DNA of 64,000 nt from Planctomycetota bacterium (GTDB lineage Bacteria; Planctomycetota; JAJSAM01; JAJVHW01): contig CBDFJG010000004.1 in NCBI GenBank assembly GCA_965248445.1, positions 448,001 to 512,000 of the forward strand, written 5' to 3'. This document shows positions 18,668 to 27,304 of this stretch, piece by piece. Positions within the stretch are counted from its first letter, which is position 1. Each line of letters begins with the position of its first letter. A program made the position numbers and the translations under genes. Under the pieces are notes generated by a model. That model made no database searches. It was not told the origin of the DNA and saw nothing but the letters and a program-made list of their open reading frames with translations.

Positions 18668-19771
18668 ATGGCCGCAGGTCCGCTCACCCAGGTCACCGAC
18701 ATCGTCGTCCCGGCGATCTTCACTCCGTACGTCCAACAGCGGACCGAGGAGAAGTCACGCATCGTGCAAAGCGGTGCGCTGGTCCGTTCACCGCTGCTCG
18801 ACCAGAAGCTCGCGGGCGGCGGAGTCACGTTCAACATGCCGTCGATGCGCGACCTCGACAACGACGCGGACAACGTGTCGGCCGACAACGCGCCGGACAT
18901 CGTGGCGCTGTCGGTGTCGGGCGGTTCCCCCGCGCTGCCGGCGTCGTTCAACGACGCAGTCCCGAAGAAGATCCAGACGGCGACCGAGATCGCTGTTCGT
19001 CTCTCGCGCAACCAGGCGTGGTCGAGCGCGGACCTCGCGGCCGCTCTCGCTGGCATCGATCCGATGTCGGCTATCGCCGAGCTCGTCTCGGGCTACTGGT
19101 CGCGCCGTCTGCAGGCGTGCTTCATCGCGGCGATGCAGGGCGTCTGCAAGGACAACTCCGCGAACGACGCCGAAGACTACGCGCACGACGTCGCGGGCGC
19201 CTCGTACGTGAAGGGCACGACGGACTTCAGCGCGGAGGCGGTGCTCGACGCGATGGTCACGATGGGTGACTCCATGGGCGGCCTCGTCGCGGTCATGGTG
19301 CACTCGATCGTGTTCAACACGATGCAGAAGAACAACCTGATCGACTTCATTCCGGACGCTCGCGGCGAGACCGAAATCGCGACGTTCCTGGGCCGTGAGG
19401 TCATCATCGACGACGGCATCCCGAGCGGAACGAGCGCCCTGCGTGGCGACGGCACCGCCGGAGCCGCCGGCATCTACGAGTCGTGGCTGTTCGGCGCTGG
19501 CACAGTGCAGCTGGGCGTCTCGACTCCGAAGGTCGCGACCGAGGTCCAGCGCTACGCGGCCGCCGCCAACGGCGCGGGCGTCGAGGCGTTGCACAACCGG
19601 AACGAATGGTGCATCCACCCGACCGGCCACGCGTACACGGGCACGCCCGCGGACGGCGGACCGGGCAACGGCACCGGCTCCAACGACCTGAACAACGCGG
19701 GTTCGTGGAACCGCGTCTACCCGGAGCGCAAGCAGATCAAGTTCGCGCGTTTGGTAACGCGGGAAAGCTGA
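18668..19771 (+). CDS. Major capsid protein
   Basis: TDIVVPAIFTPYV, SRIVQSGA, DPMSAIA...YWSRR, MVHSIV, GREVIIDD, SWNRVY.ERKQI. Confidence 0.92.
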   Translation: MAAGPLTQVTDIVVPAIFTPYVQQRTEEKSRIVQSGALVRSPLLDQKLAGGGVTFNMPSMRDLDNDADNVSADNAPDIVALSVSGGSPALPASFNDAVPKKIQTATEIAVRLSRNQAWSSADLAAALAGIDPMSAIAELVSGYWSRRLQACFIAAMQGVCKDNSANDAEDYAHDVAGASYVKGTTDFSAEAVLDAMVTMGDSMGGLVAVMVHSIVFNTMQKNNLIDFIPDARGETEIATFLGREVIIDDGIPSGTSALRGDGTAGAAGIYESWLFGAGTVQLGVSTPKVATEVQRYAAAANGAGVEALHNRNEWCIHPTGHAYTGTPADGGPGNGTGSNDLNNAGSWNRVYPERKQIKFARLVTRES

Positions 19772-19777
19772 AACCGC

Positions 19778-20365
19778 GTGAGAACGGAACAGGTCTGCGA
19801 GGCGTGCTCCGAAGTGAAGCCGATCGACGAGTTCTACGGCGTCGGCATCACTCGGACGCGTCCTCGGGCTCGCTGCAGTGAGTGCTACGCCGACCCGCTG
19901 TCACCGGCAGGTCGAGCGACGCGCTCCGCGTACATGAAGAAGTACATGAAGGACAACAAGGAGCGGCTGGACGCGCAGCGCGCCGACTACCGGCTGCGCA
20001 CTCGCGATCAACGTCGGGCGCACCACCGCGAGTGGCACGCCAAGTTTCCGCACAAGAAGATGCTCAACCTGGCAAAGGCGCGCGCGAAAAAGAGGGGCCT
20101 CGAGTTCACGATCACCGAGGACGACATCCTGCCGTTCCCGGACACATGTCCGGTGCTCGGCATTCCGTTGCGCAAGGGCGCCTACAGCGGTGACCCCAAC
20201 GTGCGGAGCCTGGATCGAATCGACAACTCGAGGGGCTACGTGCCCGGGAACGTCGCGGTCATCAGCCGTCGCGCCAACGTGTTGAAGCGTGACGCGACGC
20301 TCGACGAACTGCGCAAGTTGGTGGCCTGGCTGGAGAGCCGCACGCAGAAGGGAACCATCCGATGA
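19778..20365 (+). CDS. Free-standing HNH-type endonuclease
   Basis: N-terminal CxxC zinc finger; CPVLGIPL...SLDRIDNSRGYVPGNVAVISRRANVLK. Confidence 0.85.
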   Translation: MRTEQVCEACSEVKPIDEFYGVGITRTRPRARCSECYADPLSPAGRATRSAYMKKYMKDNKERLDAQRADYRLRTRDQRRAHHREWHAKFPHKKMLNLAKARAKKRGLEFTITEDDILPFPDTCPVLGIPLRKGAYSGDPNVRSLDRIDNSRGYVPGNVAVISRRANVLKRDATLDELRKLVAWLESRTQKGTIR

Positions 20366-20874
20366 AGGGATACCCAAGAGGACTGTCGCGCGGCGATCCG
20401 CAGCAACAGGAGATCGTCAAGCAGACGATCGCGTTCAAGGACTTGGCAGTCGAGATCGACGGTGCAACGGGTGTCGGCTTCGGCAGCGCGGTCATCGGCG
20501 GTCTTCCGGAGGGCAACATCCTGCTGCTGGGCGCCGTCGCCTACGCCGCGATCTCCGGCCCGACGTCCGCAAGCCTCGGCGACACGTGGAGCGGCGACTA
20601 CGGCGTCGGCACGACTCCCGCGTCGGACGGCACCATCACCGCCGGCGACGTTGACGTGGTCCAGTCGACCGCGCTCGGTCCAGCCGTGGCCGAGGTGTCG
20701 CCGCGCACGCGCGGTGTGACCGGCACGACCGGGGTCATCCTCGACAACACCGCGGGCGACCTCGAGCTGAACCTCAACGTGCTCGTCGACGACGCGGACA
20801 TCAGCGCCGACGACATCGCCTGCACGGCGGACGGCGAACTCAAGCTCGCCTACATCATGCTCGGTGACGACTGA
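20362..20874 (+). CDS. Putative head decoration/virion structural protein
   Basis: Beta-rich Gly/Thr/Val composition, located after capsid. Confidence 0.6.
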   Translation: MKGYPRGLSRGDPQQQEIVKQTIAFKDLAVEIDGATGVGFGSAVIGGLPEGNILLLGAVAYAAISGPTSASLGDTWSGDYGVGTTPASDGTITAGDVDVVQSTALGPAVAEVSPRTRGVTGTTGVILDNTAGDLELNLNVLVDDADISADDIACTADGELKLAYIMLGDD

Positions 20875-20924
20875 GTTCGCGCGGCACTCCGAGCCGGGCA
20901 CGAAGCGCAGAGGAGGCGCGCGAC

Positions 20925-21818
20925 ATGTCGACTGACCCCAACGCACTCAAGGAAGCGCTCTCCGCGCTCGACGCAGAGGATGACGCGCACTGGACCAACG
21001 AGGGTCTGCCGCGCATCGACGCGCTGTCTCTCGAGGACGCGCCGACCCGCGAGGACATCGAGAACGCCGCGCCGGGCTTCACACGTGAGGTCGCTCGAGA
21101 GATGCGGGCGGCTTCGACGGACACGCCCGACTCGACGGATCCTGCCGAGCCGGTGGAGTCAGCTGCTCCGACGGAGCAGCAGCCGAGCGACGCGCAGGCG
21201 CCTCAGGACCCGACGGAGAGCGCGGAGTTCCCCACGATGTCCGTCCACCCCGTCGTGTTCGAGCAGATGCGGAAGTCCAACCAGCTCGACGCCGTCGAGG
21301 ACCCCGTCGACGGGTCGACAGTCCTGACCTACCGGGGCCACCGCCTCGTCCTCGACGATGAAGCAGACAACCCCTACGCGACGCCCGCTGAGGTCGACGT
21401 GATGTCGATGCCGTTCGCCGAAGTGCTCGCGGACGAGGGACTGCTCCGCAAGGTCATCGCGGAACTCAATCAGTGCGCGCAGGACCTCCGCACGCAGAAG
21501 GCCGAGATCGACGAGGAACTGGAGGTCGTCTACCGCAGGAGCGTGCTCGCGAGCCGGCATCTCCAGCGTTTCGAGGACGCGAAGCCGAACTCGGACACCG
21601 AGCACGTTCGCCACTACCTGGCCAGTCAGCGTCGCGCGAACGAGCAGCGCGCGGCCAAGCAGAAGGCGTTGCTCTCCGGTCTTCCCGTGCAGACGCTCCG
21701 GGAGCTCGCCGAGACGCGCTCACCGCTCGACGCGGCCATGAACAGCCGGAAGCCGGCGCTCGGTCAGACGCGTCCGGCTCCTCGAGCGCCTGCGCGCGTC
21801 GGCGGAGACGGTGACTGA
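20925..21818 (+). CDS. Phage head-associated protein
   Basis: LDAEDDAHWTNEGLPRIDAL...TREDI N-terminal motif seen in head-completion regions; acidic linker; coiled coil. Confidence 0.6.
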   Translation: MSTDPNALKEALSALDAEDDAHWTNEGLPRIDALSLEDAPTREDIENAAPGFTREVAREMRAASTDTPDSTDPAEPVESAAPTEQQPSDAQAPQDPTESAEFPTMSVHPVVFEQMRKSNQLDAVEDPVDGSTVLTYRGHRLVLDDEADNPYATPAEVDVMSMPFAEVLADEGLLRKVIAELNQCAQDLRTQKAEIDEELEVVYRRSVLASRHLQRFEDAKPNSDTEHVRHYLASQRRANEQRAAKQKALLSGLPVQTLRELAETRSPLDAAMNSRKPALGQTRPAPRAPARVGGDGD

Positions 21819-21850
21819 TGGCGGAGAGGGGCGGAGCCCGTCGCGCTCGC

Positions 21851-21967
21851 CCGACCGGGCGAACGGTCGGATTCCGCACCACCGGTGGCCGCAAGACCAC
21901 CGAACGGCAGCGCCGGCGTCTTCAGGTCGCGCTGTTCCACGCCCGCGAGAATCGCAAAGCGCGGGCG
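21851..21967 (+). other. Intergenic array of four hairpins (possible structured RNA)
   Basis: CCGACCG/CGGTCGG; CGGTGG..GCAA..CCACCG; GGCAGCGC/GCGCTGTT; CGCCCGCG/CGCGGGCG. Confidence 0.45.
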
Positions 21968-21983
21968 GGAGGGTAGCTGACGC

Positions 21984-22880
21984 ATGAGCTTCCTGGTCGA
22001 GACAGGTGCCGGAACCCCGAGCGCGACGGCGTACACAACGCCGGCGTTCGTGACCGCGTACCTGACCGACCACGCGCGCGAGGTCGAGAACCTGTGGAGC
22101 ACGCAGAACGCGGCTCGCCAGCAGGAAGCGGTCATGGTCGCGACCGCGTATGTCGACTCGCGCTGGGGCGCGCGGTTCAAGGGAGCGCGGCTGCGGTCGT
22201 TGATCGGCGGCCGCGCGGCCAAGGGCACGGTGACGTTCACCGCCAACCCGCTCGACACCGAGACGGTCGTGCTCGGTCAGATCACGTATCGGTTCGTGGC
22301 GACGCTCGCGCAGGAGAACGACGTCCTGATCGGCGCGGCGCTCGCGGACTCGCTGGCGTCGCTGCTCTCCGCGGTGCTCGGCGTCACGACGGGCCTCGAC
22401 GTCCACGTGGACACGCTGCCCAACTACGAGGTGGCGACGACGCTGTCCGGCTCCGTGGTCACTGTCGGCGCCGCCGCCGAGGGCGTGAACAGCAACGAGA
22501 TCGTGCTCACGACCACCGTGACGGGCGCGACGGCATCGGGCAGCGGGACACTCGCTGGCGGGCTCGATGAGGGGCCACAGCCGCTCTGCTTCCCGCGTGG
22601 GGGGCTGTTCGACCGTGACGGCCGGCTGGTCCAGGGCGTCCCGCTGAAGCTCCGCCAGGCGGTCGCCGAGTACGCGGTGCGATCGCTGTCGTCGGCGCTG
22701 CAGCCAGACCCGACCGCGGATGCGTATGGGTCGCGCGTGCAGCGCACGAAGAGCCGCGTGGGATCGCTGCTGCGCGAAGTCGAGTACGTCGAGGGCGCCG
22801 CTCTCCAGATCAACCGCCCGTACCCGGCGGCCGACCAGCTGCTGAGCGAGTACGTCACCAGCGTCGGGGTCGTGCGGTGA
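21984..22880 (+). CDS. Head-tail adaptor (phage DnaT-like family) with inserted beta domain
   Basis: MSFLVETGAG...AY, ATAYVD...FKG, QPLCFPR, VPLKLRQAVAEYA, YPAADQLL. Confidence 0.75.
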   Translation: MSFLVETGAGTPSATAYTTPAFVTAYLTDHAREVENLWSTQNAARQQEAVMVATAYVDSRWGARFKGARLRSLIGGRAAKGTVTFTANPLDTETVVLGQITYRFVATLAQENDVLIGAALADSLASLLSAVLGVTTGLDVHVDTLPNYEVATTLSGSVVTVGAAAEGVNSNEIVLTTTVTGATASGSGTLAGGLDEGPQPLCFPRGGLFDRDGRLVQGVPLKLRQAVAEYAVRSLSSALQPDPTADAYGSRVQRTKSRVGSLLREVEYVEGAALQINRPYPAADQLLSEYVTSVGVVR

Positions 22881-22914
22881 GCCGCCGCGTTCTCACGAGA
22901 GACAGGAGCCGCAG

Positions 22915-23136
22915 ATGAAGCCAGGCGACGAGATCAAGGTCCACGCGCGTCGCGCGGTCTGCCCGGGCGTCATCGTCGAGATGAACGCGGACGGCAGCGC
23001 GAAGGTGCAGTGGGACACCGAGAACGGCCGGCGGCAGTTCAACGCCGCCGAGGCGCTGGATCCCGATTCGGAGGTCACGCAGGAGTGCCCCGTGCTCTTC
23101 GAGCCGGTGGCGGCCGCGCCTGAGGGAGGTGGCTGA
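22915..23136 (+). CDS. Small hypothetical protein (SH3/KOW-like)
   Basis: RBS AGGAG; MKPGDEIKV...KVQWD. Confidence 0.55.
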   Translation: MKPGDEIKVHARRAVCPGVIVEMNADGSAKVQWDTENGRRQFNAAEALDPDSEVTQECPVLFEPVAAAPEGGG

Positions 23137-23852
23137 TGTCAAAGGGCAACACCACCGAGATCGACATCCTGAAGCTGTACTACCAGGCAGTCGCGATCGC
23201 GGACATCGCCGAGAACGACGGCTCGTCGCCGGAGACGCTGATCGACATCGCGCTGCACAGCGCGGATCCGGGTGAGGCCGGCACGCAGGCGACGAACGAG
23301 CTCTCGTACACCGGCTACGCGCGTCTGACCGAGACCCGCAACGCCACCCAGTTCCCGGTCGTCAGCAACCACATCGAGAACCTGGCCGTGCAGACGTTCG
23401 GCAAGAACACCGACGTCTCCGCTCAGACCGCCCTCTACTGGAGCACCGGGTACGGCGCCGGCATCATCATCCACAAGGGCCCGCTCGGTGCGTCGAGTTT
23501 CATCGGTGAGGGCATCGTGGACGCGGGCGACGTCACCGCCGACACCGTGCAGATCCCGGCGCACGGTCTGGCGCAGGACGACAACGACCTCGAGCTCATC
23601 GTCTTCGACGCCGCGAACCTCAAGATCGACGACTTCGACCTGACGCCACTCATCACGGACGCGAAGAAGTCGCTGAGCCCGTCCACCGGCCTGCTTGTCG
23701 CCAACAAGGCCATCGTCACGGTGCTGCCAACCGGGAGCTCGGGCAATTACTGGTGGCATGTCGTCGGCTCGACAGCCGCTGCGCCGACGGTCTTCTGGCA
23801 GCTCGGTCAGCCCGCCACGATCGGCTACTACCCGGGGCCTCCGTCATCGTGA
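23136..23852 (+). CDS. Virion structural protein, possibly chimeric
   Basis: ALHSADPGEAG...NELSYTGYAR motif common in phage neck/fibre genes. Confidence 0.6.
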   Translation: MSKGNTTEIDILKLYYQAVAIADIAENDGSSPETLIDIALHSADPGEAGTQATNELSYTGYARLTETRNATQFPVVSNHIENLAVQTFGKNTDVSAQTALYWSTGYGAGIIIHKGPLGASSFIGEGIVDAGDVTADTVQIPAHGLAQDDNDLELIVFDAANLKIDDFDLTPLITDAKKSLSPSTGLLVANKAIVTVLPTGSSGNYWWHVVGSTAAAPTVFWQLGQPATIGYYPGPPSS

Positions 23853-23994
23853 AGGACAACGGAGCCGTCACCACTCTCCTGCCGCCAGGGGTCGTCGCTG
23901 GGCGTCGGTCGGGCCTCCTCCCCGCCGGCCTGCTCGCTGGGCGCTGCTCGCGCGCAGGAGCGTCCGTGGCGGCCTCTGTCGGACGGAGGGCGCC

Positions 23995-24381
23995 GTGACC
24001 GCGCTCGACACAGCGCTGGTCCCGATGGTCACGGACCTGCTCGACGACGTCGGTGTCACCGCGACGCTGACGCGCGTCACGCAGGGCGAGTACGACGGCA
24101 TCGCGAACGTGCGCACCCCGAACACCATGGCCACGCAGACCGTCAAGGCGTCGCCGCCCGAGAAGCACGTCGCTGAGAAGAGTGACGGCACGTCCGTGGT
24201 CAAGACCTCGCTCGCGACCTACATCGGATCCACCGACACGTCGGGCGTGGCGGTCACGGAGCCGACGCCCAAGGTGGACCGAATCCTGATCTCCGGCGCC
24301 ACGTACCGGATCGTGTGGGTCGAGACGCTCCGCTCGGGTGACTCCGTCGCGGCCTACCAGCTGGGGGTCGCGAAGGGATGA
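23995..24381 (+). CDS. Putative head closure protein
   Basis: GVTATLTRVTQGEYD...P...DRILISGATYRIV; GTG 23995 with RBS GGAGG; synteny. Confidence 0.65.
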   Translation: MTALDTALVPMVTDLLDDVGVTATLTRVTQGEYDGIANVRTPNTMATQTVKASPPEKHVAEKSDGTSVVKTSLATYIGSTDTSGVAVTEPTPKVDRILISGATYRIVWVETLRSGDSVAAYQLGVAKG

Positions 24382-24827
24382 GTTTCGCGCGACAGTCCTT
24401 CTCGGCCCAGGCGCGCCTCTGGGTGAAGACGACGCGCAAGCGCGCGGATCGACTCCTGCGCATGCTGGCCGTGTTCTCGATCCGGAGGTTGATCGACCTC
24501 ACTCCGATCGACACGGGTCGCGCGAAGGCAAGCTGGCGCGTCGCCGTGAACAAGATCGACCGGAGCGTCGACAAGCGCCCGAACCGCGGTGCACAGAACT
24601 TCAACGCGCTGGCGCGACTGGGAGGCAGTACGACGTCCGCGCAGATCCGCCGTGCACAGGGCGCGAAGATCGGCACCGTCCTGTGGATGACGAACGACCT
24701 GCGATACATCGTCCCGCTCGAGGACGGACACAGCCCGCAGAGCCGCTTCATGTTGCGACGCACGTTCGGTGAGGCCATCGCCGCGTGGCCCACGATGGTC
24801 GCCAGAGTGCGGCGGGGTGCAGCATGA
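24378..24827 (+). CDS. HK97 gp10-like tail completion protein
   Basis: TPIDTGRAKASW, TNDLRYIVPLEDGHSPQ. Confidence 0.85.
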   Translation: MSFARQSFSAQARLWVKTTRKRADRLLRMLAVFSIRRLIDLTPIDTGRAKASWRVAVNKIDRSVDKRPNRGAQNFNALARLGGSTTSAQIRRAQGAKIGTVLWMTNDLRYIVPLEDGHSPQSRFMLRRTFGEAIAAWPTMVARVRRGAA

Positions 24828-25240
24828 TCGACGTCGACGAGGTGGTCACCACCGTGCGGTCGAAGCTCTTGGCTCTGCCCGACCTCGACCTGTCGACGCA
24901 GCTCGCGTGGGAAAACAACGCGTTCGACCCGCCCGACGAAGAGTCGCTATACGTCGAGGAGAAGTTCATCCCGTTCGGCGAGCGCAACGCCGGCAGCGGC
25001 TACGACCGCCTCACCGGAGAGGTCCGGTTCACCGTCGTGATGCCGCGCGGGAAGGGCACGGAGGAGGGCCGCGCGCTCGCGACCCAGATCAAGAGCCTCT
25101 ACCCGATCGACAGCAGCATCGTCGGCGTCGTGACGGTGGTGGTCGAGGGCTCCGAAGTCCTGTCAGGTCGCGACCACGGCGACACACGCTACGCAATCCC
25201 TGTCTCGGTCTCTGTCAGAGCCGGGGCGCTGAGAACTTAG
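24824..25240 (+). CDS. Tail terminator
   Basis: AWENNAFDPP, PRGKG motif; position before tail tube. Confidence 0.7.
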   Translation: MIDVDEVVTTVRSKLLALPDLDLSTQLAWENNAFDPPDEESLYVEEKFIPFGERNAGSGYDRLTGEVRFTVVMPRGKGTEEGRALATQIKSLYPIDSSIVGVVTVVVEGSEVLSGRDHGDTRYAIPVSVSVRAGALRT

Positions 25241-25253
25241 AAGGAGATACGAC

Positions 25254-26432
25254 ATGCCTCCGCCGTTCGGCTCTGGAGCAGAAGTACAGCTGACCTACAT
25301 CGCGGAAGTGACGCACGGCGTCACTCCCGCCACGCCGACCATGCAGATCCTGCGGCTGAACGGCTTCGACATCAACGCCAAGAAGGGCGAACTGGTGTCG
25401 CAGGAGGTTCGCGCGGATCGGCAGACGGCGTCGAAGCGCCACGGGCTGCGTTCGGTCGAGGGCACGCTCCCCGGCGAACTCATGCTCGCGAACCACGACG
25501 ACATGCTCGAGGCCGCAATGTCTGGCACGTGGGACGCGACCGTCGCTGAGACGACCGACATCGGGGTCACTGCCACCCACCAGGTCGTGCGCGCAGCGGG
25601 CTCGTTCCTCACGGACGGCTTCCGGCCCGGCGACATCGTCACGCTCGGCGCACTCGTCGTCGGCGGAGACAACGGCGACTATCGCGTCGCGGTCGTAACG
25701 GCGCTGGCGATGACGCTGGTCAACCTCAACGGCACGGCGATGGGACTGACGACCGAGGCCGCCAGCGCGATGTCGACGTGCGTCCTGAAGGGCTCGCGCG
25801 TCGACATCGGGACGTTGCTGCGGACCTTCAGCATGGAGCGCGCCTTCACGAAGATCAACCAGTACCAGGTGCTCCGCGGCTGCGCGATCAACACGATGGA
25901 CGTGACGATCCAGCCCGGCGAAATCCCGGGCATCTCGTGCGGCGTCCTGGGCATGGACTTCGACGACTGGGCGGGGTCAACGGCCGCCTCGGTGACGACG
26001 GCGGCGCCGACGAACGAGGCGATGAGTCCGTTCGACGGCCGCATGTACGAGGGCGGCGCCAGCATCGGGATACTGACGGGCCTGAACTTCCAGCTCAACA
26101 ACAACCGGGAACTCGGCGAGGTCGTCGGTGCCACGTCGAGCCCCGACGTGTTCGAGGGCGACGCGAAGGTCACGGGCACGGTGACGATGCTGTTCGAGAA
26201 CGCGACGCACCTGAGCAAGTTCATCAACGAGACCGAGACGAAGCTCTGGGGCCGACTGCGGGACCCCGCGGACTCGACCGCGTTCATCAATTTCGTGATG
26301 AACCGCGTGAAGTACTTCGGCGCCGACATCAACCCGCCGCGCACCGGCGAGGCAATCATCACGCTGCCCTTCGAGGCGCTCCGCGACTCGGTGTCCGGCG
26401 TCCTGATGTCGATCCAGCGTTCCAACGCGTAA
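25254..26432 (+). CDS. Major tail tube protein
   Basis: YIAEVTHGVTP, SQEVRADRQ, FSMERAF, VTGTVTMLFEN, ITLPFEAL. Confidence 0.85.
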   Translation: MPPPFGSGAEVQLTYIAEVTHGVTPATPTMQILRLNGFDINAKKGELVSQEVRADRQTASKRHGLRSVEGTLPGELMLANHDDMLEAAMSGTWDATVAETTDIGVTATHQVVRAAGSFLTDGFRPGDIVTLGALVVGGDNGDYRVAVVTALAMTLVNLNGTAMGLTTEAASAMSTCVLKGSRVDIGTLLRTFSMERAFTKINQYQVLRGCAINTMDVTIQPGEIPGISCGVLGMDFDDWAGSTAASVTTAAPTNEAMSPFDGRMYEGGASIGILTGLNFQLNNNRELGEVVGATSSPDVFEGDAKVTGTVTMLFENATHLSKFINETETKLWGRLRDPADSTAFINFVMNRVKYFGADINPPRTGEAIITLPFEALRDSVSGVLMSIQRSNA

Positions 26433-26492
26433 CCACCAACCCTCGTGAGCGCGACGCTCTCGAGTCACATCTTCTGAGGAGGAGAAGAACCG

Positions 26493-26948
26493 ATGGACTT
26501 GAAACAATTCGACACGAGGGCGCCGTCCGAGGATGGCGCGGACATGCCGGTTCTCGGACCGGACGACGAGCCGTTCTTCAAAGACGGCACCGATGACCCG
26601 GTCACGATCCGGCTCATGGGCAACGACAGCCCAACGTTCGAGCGCGAACAGCACCGCATCGCGAAGGGCCGCAAGGGGCTCAAGATCAGTCGCAGCGGCG
26701 TCAAGCTCGACTCGCGGCAAGCGAAGCTCGACCTGATCCAGATGATGGCCGCCTGCACGATCAGTTGGGACGGCATCGACTACGACGGCGAGTCCCCGTA
26801 CCCGTGCACGCGCCAGAACGCGATCCGCCTCTACACGGACCTGCCGTGGCTCCGCGACCAGGTCGTGGCGTTCATGGAGGACCGCATGAACTTCCTGGGG
26901 GAAGCGTCCAGGGACTCCTCGAGTTCGCCCGTGAAGAGTTCCGCCTGA
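26493..26948 (+). CDS. Tail assembly chaperone (gpG-like)
   Basis: Between tube and tape measure; ends PWLRDQVVAFMEDRMNFLG. Confidence 0.85.
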   Translation: MDLKQFDTRAPSEDGADMPVLGPDDEPFFKDGTDDPVTIRLMGNDSPTFEREQHRIAKGRKGLKISRSGVKLDSRQAKLDLIQMMAACTISWDGIDYDGESPYPCTRQNAIRLYTDLPWLRDQVVAFMEDRMNFLGEASRDSSSSPVKSSA

Positions 26949-27304
26949 AGGTCACGAAGAAGGGCGGCGCGACGCTCGATGCACACATTCGATCGGCGCG
27001 CAGACAGCAAGGACTAGGAGAGGAGGAGAGCAACAGGCACTGGGAGAGCTTCCCCGCGGGGCTGGACTACCTGTGGGGATGGTTCATCGAGCTCAACGGC
27101 GCGCGGGGCACGAACGGCTTCGCGCCGGAGACGATCAGCTACACGCAGATCGACGCATGGGCGCGGCTGAAGCGCATCGACATCTCTCCCTGGGAAGTGT
27201 CCGTCATCCGTCTGCTGGATGACGCGTGGGCAGACAGCTATGCCGGATCTCGCGCAACTGAATCTCAAGATCGACAGCACGAGCGTCAAGCGCTCGGCGC
27301 GTGA
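26493..27304 (+). CDS. Tail assembly chaperone gpGT-like product via -1 frameshift at G GGG GAA (26897-26903)
   Basis: The -1 frame encodes LWGWFIELNGAR...ISYTQIDAWARL...PWEVSVIRLLD and has no start of its own. Confidence 0.8.
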
